Of a stretch of DNA of 64,000 bases, positions 1 through 13,600 are shown piece by piece. Position 1 is the first letter of the stretch, and the number at the start of each line of letters is the position of its first letter. This DNA comes from Octopus bimaculoides (lineage: Eukaryota). The stretch covers positions 63,789,795 to 63,853,794 of the forward strand of contig NC_068983.1 of assembly GCF_001194135.2 (NCBI RefSeq), read 5' to 3'. Under the pieces are notes generated by a model. It had not been told where the DNA came from, ran no database searches, and worked only from the letters and a program-made list of their open reading frames with translations. The position numbers and the translations under genes are program-made.

Positions 1-385
1 AATTGATGTATCAATACCAGCAGATGACAACGTTTCTCTAAAAGAAATGGAAAAACTTTCAAAATACAAAGACCTGGAAATAGAGATAACTCGAATGTGG
101 AATCTAAAAACAGAAACAATTCCTATCATAGTAAGTGCCTTAGGTATAATAAAAAAATATTCAGACAAATACATGACAAAAACACCAGGACTTACAAATA
201 TATATAACATACAGAAAATTGCACTACTGGGTACTGCACACATTCTACGCAAAATACTTTCAATACAGTAAACATAAGAGCACCACAGCAAACCACAGCA
301 CATACCCAAGGCGCACAGAGCTGCGCTCGGTAGTGAAGTGAAAGCACGTTATAAAAATAAAACTACTGAATAATAGTAATAATAA
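1..385 (+). mobile_element. 3' end of an R4/Dong-like non-LTR retrotransposon (restriction-like endonuclease C-terminus, 3' UTR, TAA tail)
   Basis: Frame from nt 2 reads IDVSIPADDNVSLKEMEKLSKYKDLEIEITRMWNLKTETIPIIVSALG...QKIALLGTAHILRKILSIQ* (stop ends 271), the D..K..KY RLE tail typical of R2/R4/Dong/NeSL ORFs. It is followed by a short UTR and a (TAA)n tail at ~368-385. Confidence 0.8.
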
Positions 386-386
386 A

Positions 387-3300
387 TTCTTTCTTAATCA
401 CAAAGGGGTTTACATTAAGGAAAACATTGTGGACAACTCAAGACAAATAGAATGTGGGATTACATGAAACTCGTGTAATAATGAAAAACAATCGATTATA
501 TTGAGAAAATTCCCGAACAAAATTGCTTCAGAACATCCCTCTCCACCCTCACTTTCCTTTCCAAGTAAAACTTCAGAAAATCGATGAGAACTTGGCCAAA
601 TAGGAAGGTGTCTGTCTTTCAGCACTTTCAGTCTGATCCACCACACAACCTCTTTCACTAAGACTATCAGGCGAAGAAAAACAACCCACCCTTCCTGGCC
701 AGAGGAAGGCGACAGGACTATCTTCACAATGGACTCTGCCGATAGCCAGATCCGTCCTACAGGTGACAGCAGGTGTTGGACATAAGGCCACAGGTCAGAA
801 ATATTCGGGCACTGGACGAGAGCGTGCAGAACGGTTTCGTCGTTCTGCACGCATCTAGGGTAAGCCCGATTGACTGCACTTCCGTGCCTGTAGAGTTTAT
901 TCCAAGAAGGCAGTGTCCCCCACCCCACTGGTATTACTGCCACGCCAAGGATTTCTGGAAATTATCCATAGTCCCCAGCACGAAAGTTCTCCCGAACAAA
1001 TCAGACAACTCATTCTCCTTTGAAACCCAGAGTCTCCCAGAGAACGTCGAAGCACACCTGCGACTCACCTTCTATAGAGAGCCATAGTAGAACTTCCACA
1101 GACCGCATTGCCCGACTGTCATAGGAGTGGCAGCGCCTGATGGCGCTCTAGGTGTCAGATGCCCTGCCTCAGTCTACGTTTGATCCGGAACTGCAGCTAA
1201 GTCAAAGAGATGAGCTGTGAGAAATTGCGTCTCACAAACGGCGACCACACCTGCTGACCGTCTAGGAAACGCAGGAGATACTGTAGCATCAACAAATGTC
1301 TGCGCCTCAGTAGCTACAGCCCTCAATTTAGTGCCTGACCAGTGGAACACTTCCCTTCCGCAGAGAGCGGAAGAGTAGGCGCTCTAGTTTGGTCAGACTT
1401 GAACCGGTAAAGGGCACGACGGTGAGGCATCAGATGCGTTTTACGCATTCAACACATCTAAGGCGTTTTACGCATTCACCACGTCTGCCATACTTTAAGG
1501 GATACCTTTCTCTCAGCCCATTTCTAGGTGAGACTGGCCACCCGGGTCGCCACCTTGTCTCAATTCTCCACCTGGAGATTAGGACCGAACCAGACTCTAA
1601 GCAGTTTAAGCGGTCCTTCCGTCCATCGTCTCCAGGTGCTGAGTTACAGGTCCACTGACTTCTCCTGGTTAATTTTTGCTCTTGTCACCGCCTCATATTC
1701 TTACAGAGCGGTGCCGACCAGATCTATGTGCCTGGTATTCGACATAATGACGGTGACGTCGTTCACGTATGCAGACACGGTTCTCCCACATCCTAGTTCG
1801 CGCGGGATGTTTCTCAACATCTTAACATCTCCAGTTTTACCAATAGTGACTCAAGAGCCATTACATATAGGAGAGATAAGAGGGGACATCCTTGATGGAC
1901 TGAACACATGGTGCAGAAAGGTTCCGAGAGGTAACCATTCACTCGAACTACCAAGCAGATGTTGCTGTACATTGCTGCGGTCCAACCACGGAAAACGGCT
2001 GTTATGGGCATTTCCCAAGGCCGTTCCCCACGTGTCGAGAGTCATGGCATACCGTCGAAGTAGGCACTAAAGTACATTATGCGTTCCGGACTGCCATTCG
2101 TTTGAAACAGTTGAACGAAGTGCCGCTGAAACACCACATTCATCTCCTCAGACACAAGCACCATGCGCTCACTTTGCTCTACGAAAGACCGTTGTTGCGA
2201 CATTGAGCCTCTGTCACTCGGGTCCATCGAGCGGCTTTTGTTGCCTCGTTTCTTAAAGCACGTGCCTTAGTTCTGACAATGCATCTTCCGTGCTTGGCGT
2301 TGAAGAAGTGGTTCAGGAACAATCTCGCACCAACATGTCAGTTGCAATGTCTCTCCTAAGAGCCTCTCTTAAGTTCCTAGCTAGTTTTCCTTCTATTCCA
2401 TTTTTTTTCTGTTGCAAGTGCCTCGCTGAAGCTGATCGATTTTATTATAATTGTTCTTTTCAGGGCATACCACCATTTCTTTTCGAGGATTGATCCCGTT
2501 AACGCCCGCTTAACTAATTTGCTAATCCAGTCTCTGTAAGCTTGGCACGCCGGGAGTGACGCGTTCAGCTTCCAGTAACCGGGTCCCTGCCCACGTCATC
2601 TAAGTCGACCGTACAGATCAGACATCTGTTGTCTGTGTAGCCTAAGATTTTAAAAAGTGCACAGCAGCTTATACCATCTTTATCTACTGAGCTACAGAAT
2701 ATTCTATCTAGATACGACCTGGATGATCCGATGCAGTTAGACCAGGTCCACTGCAGCACGTTCGGAAAATCCAGCCGGTACCTGTCAGACAGTTGAAAAC
2801 GTTTGAGCAGGTTCGTCTGATTACTCTGAACACGGAAGGGGCAAATCTTGCGCAGCGTTTTATGTTTTCCGTTTTGTTGAGAAATCTTGTGTTGCTGTCT
2901 TAGGAGATTCTGATGCTGTCGGTTGTTTCTCTGATGATGTTTCCATTGTTGTTCTTGGTGTTGTTGTTGCTAATACTGATTGCGCGTCTGTGATTGCAGT
3001 TGATGCTACTACTGTTGCTTTTGTTGCTGCAGTTGCCTGCTTCTGTTGTTGTAGTTGTGGTGGTGGTAGTGGTAGTGTTGGCAAAAGTGAAGGTCTCTCT
3101 TGATTATTTTCTTGTTGGCAGAAAGCCTTTAGATGGTCTATGCCCCAGCTTTCTGCCCTCGACAGCCACATGATGTTTTGTGCCATCCGGTAGGCTTCTG
3201 TAATCTGGAATAGCTTCTACACTTGCTAGTCAGATTGTATTAAAAGCTGCATCCCCTGCCCTAACCAGTTCTGCTTCTGAATCTTATGTATTTGCAGAAC

Positions 3301-4290
3301 CTTGGTTTTCTCTTCTATGTCGAGTAGAACTGCAGCCACCAACAGCAAATGTTAATCTCTGCGAGATGTTAAGTATTCTAATACTGAACACTTTTCGACC
3401 TAGGTAGATGGGAATGAGAATAATTACCTCACTCGTTAGGGAACCTGTCCAGTGATTTATGCTTCCTCCTCTGAGGCGAACCTCACCTCGGCGGTCCCAT
3501 ATTTCTTCCCCTGGTACTGGTTTAGTTTTCCCACACTGGTTTTAGGGAATTCTCTATCTGTTGCTGTGTTGCTTGCTCCACTTTCCTACTTTTCGCACCA
3601 ATTGTTTTATATAGAATTGTCTGCAAATTAATTTCTTGCTGGACATTTCTAGGAATGCTTAGTACCGCATTTCTGTCACATTTCTCCAATATGCATTTTG
3701 TATTCTTGAACTCATTTTCATCTATGGAAATATCTTTACTTGTCGGATCACTTGCGTAAAGTCGAAACTATTCCGACTGGATTTGCAAGTATCGATTTCA
3801 TTGTTTTTTTCTGTTAATTATGCTGGTGAGGGTGGTGGTTTTGGAAATGCTGCTGAGACAAGGGGTGGCGGTGAAGGTGGCAGTATTTTCGACTGTGTTA
3901 TTTTTTATCATTTATTTTGTCCCTGCAATGGTGTAGGGGAGGACAGAAGCAAGGGAAATTCGTTTTTATATCTTTCACGTGCGCTATTGTTCTTGTTGTT
4001 GTTATTGCTGTTGCAACAGCAGTCACTGTCTTTCACGACTTGGCTGTTCCATTCAGCGGACGAGCAATTTTCGTTCGCTATCTTTGATTTTGTCAAAAAC
4101 ATTGGGGGCATCTTAGCCCAAACAAATAACAAAATAGCCGCTAAAGGTTGCAGGTGGAGAAGAACTAACCAGCTCCCCAAGGTCCTAATTTGTTTCACTA
4201 CGTAACAATAACAAATGTACAATGTATAACAATATGAATAACAAAAAAAAAAAAAGCTTACGGAGCGATGTGCAACACGTATCGATCGAC

Positions 4291-4291
<1 letters not shown>
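387..4291 (-). mobile_element. Decayed, internally deleted L1/Tx1-like LINE (ORF1, AP endonuclease, RT, C-terminal zinc finger)
   Basis: Minus-strand fragments: C..ETVLHALVQCP (C-terminal CCHC), VNGYLSEPF...SVHQGCPLLSLLYVMALE (RT), WTWSN..SSRSYLDRIF (EN), GIDHLKAFC (knuckle), and QTILYKT...QQQIENSLK...YQGKKYGTAEVRF, which matches ORF1 of the 61.5-kb element. Many stops and frameshifts. The 5' boundary is approximate. Confidence 0.82.
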
Positions 4292-4323
<32 letters not shown>

Positions 4324-4345
4324 TAATAATTATAATAATATGAAG
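4292..4345. repeat. (AAT)n microsatellite
   Basis: Direct reading. Confidence 0.95.
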
Positions 4346-5540
4346 AAGAAGATAAAGTGAAATAAAAAATTATAAAAAGTAAATTTCTCCAAAATCTGAG
4401 GTTGGGGCTACCGATGATCACTCGTGGACTCTGCTTCCAAAAAGAAAAAGAAAAAAAAAAACGCAAAAGTAACGAAAACGTCACCTTGACTTCTATCGAC
4501 AAGCGCTTGCTCAGAACAGACTCGTTCATTCGGATCATACTCACTATTCTCACCCATCTTTCAACAAATTTGCTGAGAGACAGCAACGTGAGTGTATAAA
4601 TTAGACGTGTGTATGGAAGAGACACATTGTTTGCTACTACAGATTGATACAGTATTATTGCTGTAATGGTAGAGGAAGCAGAGATATAGTGGACAAAATA
4701 TCTTTTTCTTTTTATATCACCAGAAATTTTTTACTGTTTTTCATCTGTCATTGAAGGGAGTTAAGTTATGAATGATATTAATCACTTTGATCCTGAAAGA
4801 AGTAAATTAAGTTGACAAGCTTCAGTTTGACACGTGATAAAATATTGATTTAATGTCTAAGATGAGACTATGTTTAAAAGATTATATTTTTGGATTGTTA
4901 ACTCATTTTTAGAGAAGACATTAATATTTACTGTACTTCTACACAAAATTCTATCGGTTTTGTTCTTCTTCATTATTAGGTGTTGTATTCCTGGATGAGT
5001 ACAGGTATTCGAAATGAATTTGAACTAAGGATCATTTGTTTCTAAACAATGAAATCTTACCTTATATTCAACCTATACTTACACTCCTTTCTACACTTCA
5101 CTAAACTTACATCCACCCGCATACAAATACACATCACTGTGCTTTTCTTCGGCAGTTGTTGTACAACAAATCCAGTTCCATTTAATTCCCCGGGAAACAG
5201 TAACAAGCATCAATTAGCAGCTATCAAATTCTCTCTTCCTTATTACTACGAACACCAAAAAACATCAAAAAACGAGTAACCATACGACACAGAGAAGATA
5301 GAAATAAATAGTTACACGTATCTTTTCCATAGTCTTCACAGCACATATAACAGGCATAGTAAAGAATATGAAACGATGCATAAGGATAGAGAAACCATAG
5401 ATATCATATTTGATCAAAAGAAATAAACTACACTGGTGTACAAAAAATATATTATGTAAATCTTCTTGGACTAATTTTGTCCTGCCTGATCTGTTTTTGT
5501 GTTTTATTATTTTGGTACAGTAAGTAACAATAATAATCCT

Positions 5541-5750
5541 TTCTACTATAGGCACAAGGCTCGAAATTTTGATAGAAGGAGTAAGTAAATTACATCGATC
5601 CCAGTACTCGACTGGTACTTATTTCATCGACTACGGAAGAATATAAATCATAGTCGACGTCGGAGGAAGTTGAACTCAGAAATCAAAGACGGACAAAACG
5701 CTGTCAGCCATTTTGTTCGGTGTACTAACTATTTTGCCAGCTTACCGCCT
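5541..5750 (-). mobile_element. tRNA-derived SINE (octopus OK/OR-like family)
   Basis: Matches the window's abundant repeat ...tacatcgaYcccagtactc.actggtacttattt.atcgac...ttgaactcagaa..taaagacggac..gccagct...gcct; the reverse complement has a B-box-like GAGTTCAA. Confidence 0.75.
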
Positions 5751-6589
5751 AAAAAATTATGTAAGTGAGTGATACAGCGTATCAAATCTCCAGATAGTCC
5801 TTCAATATGACACTTTTACATATTACTCTAATCCATTCATCTGAAAAATGTATACCAATCAAGTACTAGCGCTGCTCTTTTCCTCTTCAGTTGTCACATC
5901 ACAATGTTATGTGAAAGCGCAGAGAATTTGTCTTTCGTCGCCACTACGATGGTTTCAAAAAGAAAACACAAACCATGGCGAATGTTCCTAAATAATATTC
6001 GCTTGCAGACGATAACTGTGTTAAAAATAGTAGTATATTACAATTACATGTTATCAACCTCATTTATATGTGTATGTATACCTATGTGTGTATGTATAAT
6101 TAAAAATCAACGTCGGCAACCAGATAGATTTGAACTCAGAAAACATACAATAGCATGATTAAAATACTATTAAAATAAAGCGGAGAAGAACGACGTGAAC
6201 CGGTTGATTTATGGACATAAGCTAAAAAGAAAATGAAAACAAAATGTTCTTTGTGAGGTCACACACATTAATAATTCAAATTATATATAAAAAAAAAACA
6301 CGAGAGAAAAATTCAACTAACTGATAATTTTAGAGAGATAATGCTAAAAAGATAATTATAGCAGTCATTAAGATTATCTCCCCGAGGGTAATGAATTGTT
6401 CAAAATATTCATTATCATTATAGCTGTAAATTTAACGTTTATTTATATCAGTATAGTGAAGCATTTTATTTTCCATGATAATTATCTATGTGACTTTATT
6501 GTTAACCAGAAAATTATCTCAACACTCATGTCCCCATGTCATTTTAACTGCATACATACACAAACACACTCACATAACTGATACACATA

Positions 6590-7615
6590 CGAGGATGGGC
6601 TGAAATGTTCATAGGCTGACTATGAAAGAGTGATGCGAGAGTAGTGTAATCCTGCATGCATTAATTTCAACATCTCTTAATAATAACCGCGTTGTTTCAT
6701 TCCAGATATCAGATATCTTACTATTCAAAAAAGAGTTGAAAAATAACTAGTATCGACTTCCCTCGGAAATGGGTAAAATTTGCATAATTTGCTAAATTAT
6801 GGGATGACACTCTATATCCTGTGAGAGAGTTGAGAATACTCTGCATTATTATCTTGGCATGATGAATGTTTCTAATGGTAGGGCAGCATCTTGACACCAA
6901 ATCAAAAGCGCACCAAGCTGATCACATGTCAGGAAAATTTGACATTTTTTGAGGAGGATGCAGCTTGTTTTTTTAAACGTTTTCTAACCCAGGACGAGTG
7001 TCGGGTCGATCACATAGAGCCAGAGACACAGAGACAATCCATGCAGCGGAAACACCTCTCCTCACTTACATCAAAGGTCGTTTCATCTGCCCAAAAGATG
7101 ATGGCCTCAATTTTGGGGATGCGAAAAGTATGATGTTTATTCACTATTTTCAAGAGACACGCCATCAATGGAGAGTATTATACAAATTTGCTGAGGCAGT
7201 TATAAAAGATCAAACGCCCACGAAAACTGGCGAAAGTGGTCTTGTTTCACCTGGACAATGCCTCAGTACACACGTGCTTCGCTTTAATGACTACTGCGCG
7301 TGAGTGTAGGTTTGAGCTGTTTGATCACAGTCCCCATTCTCCTGATTTGGCCCCATCTGATTATCATCTGTTCCCCAACATGAAAAAAAAATCACTGGGC
7401 TGGGAACCACTGTTGCAGTCATGATGATGTCATATCTGCTGTTGACTTTTATGACCAACAGGATGAAAGCTTCTTTACTAATGGGAACGAAGCATTACAG
7501 CACTGAGGGAAGGAGTGTGTGGACCGCAAGGGGTAATATATTAAAAATAAACCACATTTAGTCACAGTCCACGAGAGTACATTAGTCAGCCAAAAAAATT
7601 TTCAACCTACCCTCG
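6590..7615 (+). mobile_element. Mariner-family DNA transposon remnant with TIRs and TA target duplication
   Basis: TA|CGAGGATGGGCTGAAATGTT...GGCTGAC at the left and GTCAGCC...TTTTCAACCTACCCTCG|TA at the right. Transposase motifs VDHIEPETQRQS, FHLDNASVH and HSPHSPDLAPSDYHLFPNMK; frameshifted. Confidence 0.9.
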
Positions 7616-7699
7616 TACCATATATAGAATACAAACCACTAATCAATGCTATTGATCTCTACGTGGTCCCCTCTTCCAGCTAGAAATATCAGTCGAATC

Positions 7700-8640
7700 T
7701 CTAGTAGATTACATCTTAGTGTTTTAAAAATGGAATTACACATTGGACAATATAGTCCTGGATATATAAAAGTATAGAGACTGTCAATGGTGTCAACATG
7801 ATACTATTTGATCAGGGCTGACCTTCGTCTAAATAACAATAACATGACTTCCCATATACAAGGGCAACAAAACAAGCTTTATTACGAAGTTGTGGGCGCT
7901 TCTTTCACTCTTTCTTCCTGTAGTACTCTATAGAACTGTCTAGATTAAGATCCTAATGAAAGAGGAATATGATGAATGCCTTAAAAATAAAATCACCCCA
8001 GACATTCTAGAAAGTTTAATTCTTGATGTCACTCACTAAACGGCACGTACACTCTCCATATCTCAGAACGGATTGAGATCGCTACACACAACCATCACAT
8101 TTCTAAAAGACCTACAAATACCATCGTCATTACTATCGACACACGTACAGCTTTTCTATTCTTTCACCGTTGTCTGCTAGAAAAATATTCAAAAACTCAA
8201 CACCATCTCAAGAACCAACAAAAAAACGGTGGCTTGCAAACTATGTGCTAGGCAGTCATTTCGAGAACCTCCCATTTCCTAAAGGGTTTAGCATAAGCAT
8301 TTGTCCTCTTCTCTACACTTTTCAGCTTATACCTAGAAAAAGACCTTGCTAAATCTCCAATAAACATAGAGACAGATTCATGCACTAATGTCAATACTCA
8401 TACATCCTTCCGCGATTCTTCGGACACTTGTACAATTACTCTAAGCTCACTTATGCTCTTTACAAACCTGACACCACAATAAGTGATTTATAAGAATTAA
8501 CAACCAAATATATTACTTCAACCATCACACCGCCACACCAGAACATACAGCTCCAAACCTTCATAACACACATTGAAGACTATGTGAAATGACGCATAAA
8601 CTTTCAGCAACGTCGGTACACACTTCGAAAATAGTTAAAT
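7700..8640 (+). mobile_element. Possible highly decayed Penelope-like fragment
   Basis: Weak resemblance to the PLE RT C-terminus (ISKRPTNT...AFLFFHR...KNG) and a TGAAGA-stem-AAAC hammerhead-like remnant at ~8574-8615. Confidence 0.3.
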
Positions 8641-8679
8641 ACAACAACGGTGCACGAATAATGAATTAGGTCCATGAAG

Positions 8680-9130
8680 TACTTTGTCAATCCTCTCTGC
8701 AACCCCAAGCTCTTCTCAACAATTCATGCAAGAAAAAAGAAAAGAAAAAAATAACTGTAGAAAATGTGTGGCTCCTACCCATACAATGAAACAAATAATA
8801 CAGAAAATGAAAGAATATATACATATATGGTATTTGTTACCGCTGTTATCTTCAGTTTCACAGACCTTGTCACTACCAGAAAATATCACCACGCAGATAC
8901 ACGAAACAGAAAGAGATGAAAAAAAAAAACTTAGACATAGAATTACCTACATTACAGCCAAAGAGTGTGCTGCGATGGACACCGCTTGCAATTAGTGTGG
9001 AAGAGGGTGTAGTGACAGTTGTGCCCTTGTCTCCGCTAATGTTACCTTCAGAATTTGCAAGCAAAAAGAAATGGGTTGCACACTAGAAACAGGAGACGTC
9101 AACATGTTCTGTTACATTGAACACCATGCA
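8680..9130 (+). mobile_element. Possible decayed L1/Tx1 ORF1 fragment
   Basis: IHETERDEKKKLRHRITYITAKECAAM resembles VSEAEIEKCLKALFKKITYITRGKRYATV in ORF1 at ~61.9 kb. Confidence 0.3.
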
Positions 9131-10749
9131 ATTCCTTATTCCACTTCGAAATATAGTAGCTTTTTGCTTGATGATATATGATGTGGGAAAAGTGCTTATT
9201 TGGAAAGTACAAAATTGTTTTCTATAAAACTGCTCGATCTAGACTCTCTTGGAACTACACAACAAATGCAACGCCCTAGTATTAGATTCACCGTAACTCC
9301 TTACAGAGTGGTCGGCCTAAAAAAGGAATAACATATCATGTCAATATGTTTGAAGTATAATTTTCTGCAGTGGAATAATTTGGAGAGAAGTACAGCCTAT
9401 TGAAATCAACTTCAGGATATTTCTGGAACTTGTTTATATCAACGTTAGTAGTAAGAGCAACACAGTTGATCTGTTAACATAAAGGAAGGGAAGTGAACAC
9501 GGCATGATACCCCCACGTTTCTGCTTCACTCTCATTCTATTTTTAATAAATGCAAAATATTGAAATAATATAATAATTCTCGGATCAAATATATAGTGCC
9601 CTCAGGTACAAAAAAATGGAAAACGGTAAAATTCTTGATAGTAAAAAGATCTTCAAAGAAAAAACAATCGCTATAGAAATCAGGCTTTCTCAATATAATT
9701 TAATTACTACCACCGTGTGATTAATTAAAAAAAAAACTTTGATGTAATCGTTTTATTCTTTTGCCTCCATCTTTGTTCCCTCATATTAAATTTATTCCTT
9801 CAATTCATGTTTGTTAATATTTCTGTAGAAACTTCGCTTGCATTAAGTTTTGTTTTGTTTTTATTTTGTCGGCTTTTTAATATAAGTAGCCAATGTGTGG
9901 TCTCTATTTATTTGAGCTTTAATATTTTCAGTTAAGGAAAGAAACATTTGATACCTTCAAAAAAGAGACGGATTATATATTTTTATGAAGATCATTGCTT
10001 CAGCACCATAAAATGAGGCTTAGAAACGTTAGATGACTTCCATTAACAAGTATCCATAGAATATACTATTCAAAGGAAGGAAGAAGTGGAAAAGTTAGAA
10101 CAAAATGTGTCTCGCAGGAACAAAATCTTGCTTACTTCAAGAGATGAGTAAAAGCTCATAAAATTATCTTCAAAAACAGGAAATACGTCTTCCTTATTGA
10201 TGAATTGTATTACGAGTGAGAAAAGAAACACATATGCAATGAGAAAATTTATGAAATAATAAGTAATTTGCAGTAGATGTTGTGAAAGAAAGTGTTTCAT
10301 ATCGGTAAAACATCTATAAATTGAAAAAAGTTGGAAACATATAAAGGACATATTAGTTGAAGCAATCTAAATACAATGGACCCATATTTTATATCAAATG
10401 TTTAATTAAGCTAATAGTATGAAATACCATTAGCCGCAGTCTGAAACAAGTAAATGATTAGTAAGACACTCTCCGAAATGCCATTTACATTAAGGGTTGT
10501 CTTAGATGTTACAGAAGACCAAATGTTACAGAAGACCGGCAGTAATGTGAATACAGCCAAGAAATACACTCCGAAGTTGTCATAACATTGCTGAGTGATT
10601 CACTTGTCATTAATCACCAGAGAAAAACTTTTCATAAAATATCTCTTCCTATATCTCCAGCTTACTTGATTCAAGATTATCAGTATACGAGGAAGACCTT
10701 GCAAAATTATTACTGCAAAATTATTACTGTTCGTAGACGATGATGTTGA

Positions 10750-11120
10750 GCCCTTGCCAATATCCTATTCAGAAGTGTATTCTTTCATATTCATAATTAA
10801 ATCTATTGAATGTTTATGGCAGATGATTAAGTCAAAGATCAATTCAAGAAGTTGTTCGAGCAAGTAAAATTTATTTGCCACAGTTTATAAAGAATATTAA
10901 AAATTAAAGCTTACATTATAGAAATTTGTTGAAGAAAATATGATTAAAAGGATTTTAATAAACTACAAACTAATCACACCAGAAACTTTGCTTATTAAAG
11001 TTTTATAAGGAACAAATCTACATCTTATTTTGAAGACATCTGAATATATTAATATAAATAAAAATGAATATAAAAATTCAATAATTTTTAAGGTGTCTCA
11101 AATTTTGGTGGTGAATAGTT
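10750..11120 (+). mobile_element. Tc1-like transposon 3' remnant
   Basis: LN.IECLWQMIKSKI resembles the Tc1 LNPIENLW motif; TIR-like end ...AAGGTGTCTCAAATTTTGGTGGTGAATAGT. Confidence 0.4.
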
Positions 11121-12960
11121 ATTTATATTAAATGTATTCATACAGATTGATGGTATTTAAAATAATACGAATGCGTATTTGTGTATGTGAACGTACGCAC
11201 GTACACCGACAGCTTAACCCGAAGCTCAATAGTAGGTTAGCGTTGTGTCTGTGACTGTTATAAATTACTTATCGCCTCCCACCCCTAACTTCGCCACTGC
11301 CACGCCCAACATTGTTACCACTACAAAGATGATTGGTACTATCGCCTCCAAGCAGCTTGTTCTCCGCCGCCGCACTGTCACCACCACCATTGCCTACTGC
11401 GACAAAAATTGTTGATGTTGCTTGTCACCATCATGTTATTGACTACAACCAGGATATATTCCACCAACGCCATCACCGACTACTATCACGACATTTACCA
11501 TGACCGGTGTAGAAAATCACCTCAACCTCTTTCCGGCAACAACAACACCTTCTTTTCGAACATCTGCAGTTTCTACCATATTCACCAGACTAAGCGGAGA
11601 TCAAAGCCCTTTTGGCTATCCAAATGACAGTATCTACATAAGCTCATTTCTTAACTGTTTCCTTCTGATGATGGGCATTTGAGCCTGAAATAACTAAAGA
11701 TTTTTCAACTTTCCTCTGCATTAGAAGAAGCCCTCCCTATCTTTTTATCTAAAATTAGATATCTTGCCGGCTTAATCTGTCGAATAATCTATCTTAACAG
11801 TTTCATCCTATTTTATCTTTCTGCATCATTACACGATTTACTTCATTGTTTATTGTATAATTTGTTCACAAATATGCCCTACCTGATATAATGTCGATAA
11901 ACAGGTGGTTTAATGGTGTTTGCATGAATAGGTTTTAATTAAAATAACTTTTGAATATAATATTTTAAGAAGCATTCTGCACTATAGCTGCCTATTTCAT
12001 CGGTGCCCGGTATGTTACACCGACTGTAACGATATTCATATAATTCTCTAGAAAATAATTCATTATATCGCCATAATATCCACTGTCTGAAGATACCGTA
12101 GCACGGTAACATTAAGGGTAACAATTTAGAGGGTACATTATTAACTTCAGTAGCGATTGTTATTTCTGTTTTATATTTATTTAATTTCAGAGAAGGCAAG
12201 TGTTATTTGTAATATTCTATTTAAAAATCTATATCTTTTAAATAAAACAAGTAAATATTCAAATATTTGAGTATAATTATTACTAATTGATATATTTGCA
12301 AGTCCATCATAGTGTTATCAGAAATGGAATATCTAGACAAATTTATTGATTTCAATCAATTTTAATGTTTATGATTAAATATGAAAGAAAAAATAATGAT
12401 AAAAGTAAAAGGTAGAGTGATTTTATCATAACATGACATTATTACAAAATATTAAGTTGATTCAATATCCATACTGAAGTCTGTTATTAATATACAATAT
12501 TTGATTTGTTTTAAGTAGCCATTAGAACACAGAGTTAAAGAGGGAAATAGAACGTGAAACTGTGATATATATTTCATTCTTTAGCATTTAGAGCGTATCA
12601 TTATTCGGATAGTGGATTTAGAGAAGGCAGGAACTTTGGTTTCACATTCGTCTGTACCTGGCCATCTTTAGTTACGACTTACTATGGAAGCAAGAAACAA
12701 AGATGATTTTTATTTTTGTCCTTAACTTCAGAATATGATGATATTGCAATAAGCAACAGAAGTAACAAGTAACAAGTATTATAGACTGTATAATCAACAT
12801 GTAAAGCAGGAGCGCTATGGAGTAATGATTAGTTGAAATATTTGTACAATGTTTCATGATATTAAGTAAAACGACCACGCAAATAATACCTGCATCAACA
12901 GTACCATTAAAAGAAAGACGAACGGCAACAACTTAGAATATCTTTGGCAAGAAATAATAA

Positions 12961-13545
12961 CAATATTTCAAAATTTGGCACAGGCCAAAATCTTTAGAGA
13001 CAGAGTTTAGTTGATTACGCTGATATTAGAACTCAAAAAGTATTCCAGGCAATAAAATACAAAGTAAACCTCAACAGGATTTGAACTCTGAATACATAGA
13101 GCTTGAAAAATTCGGTTAAGCAATTTGTTTGAAATGTTAACAATCCCACCAGGTCGCCTCTTTAATAATGCTTTCTACCGGAAAGGATCATTAAAGCCCC
13201 AAATTTGTAACTGATGCTTATTTAATCAACTCCGAAATAATGAAAGGCAAAGTCAGCCTCGGCGGAATTTGAACGTAATGACAAGTGAAATGCCGCTAAG
13301 CATTTCACCCGGTATGCTAACGGTTCTGCCGCCTTGCTCGCCTCTTTAATAATACTTATAATAATGGTTTCAAATTTTGACACCAGGCCAGCAGTTTTAG
13401 GGAAGGGATTAAGTCAGTGATCAACTGGAATATATTTTAACGATCCCGAAAGAATTAAAGGCAAAGCCGACCTCATTGAAATTTGAACTCATATCGTAAA
13501 GACGGACGAAAGGCCGCTAAGAATTTTGTCCGGTTCATTGCCTCG
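12961..13545 (-). mobile_element. Cluster of three tandem tRNA-derived SINE copies
   Basis: Three successive same-orientation copies (~12961-13160, ~13180-13344, ~13362-13545) separated by TAA-rich linkers. Confidence 0.75.
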
Positions 13546-13600
13546 ATAACAGCAACAAGAACAACAACAATAATAAAAGTATTAGTAGTAGTAGTAATGG

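Noticed and set aside
8856-9086. Apparent exon FHRPCHYQ...ELPTLQPKSVLRWTPLAISVEEGVVTVVPLSPLMLPSEFASKKKWVAH*
   Set aside because: Another frame resembles Tx1-like ORF1 (ITYIT motif) and there is no good donor; a decayed TE is more likely, although a host exon is not excluded.
10517-10730. Short tandem duplications (17 bp at ~10520, 14 bp at ~10700; also 27 bp at ~1435)
   Set aside because: Ordinary slippage products with no evident functional context.
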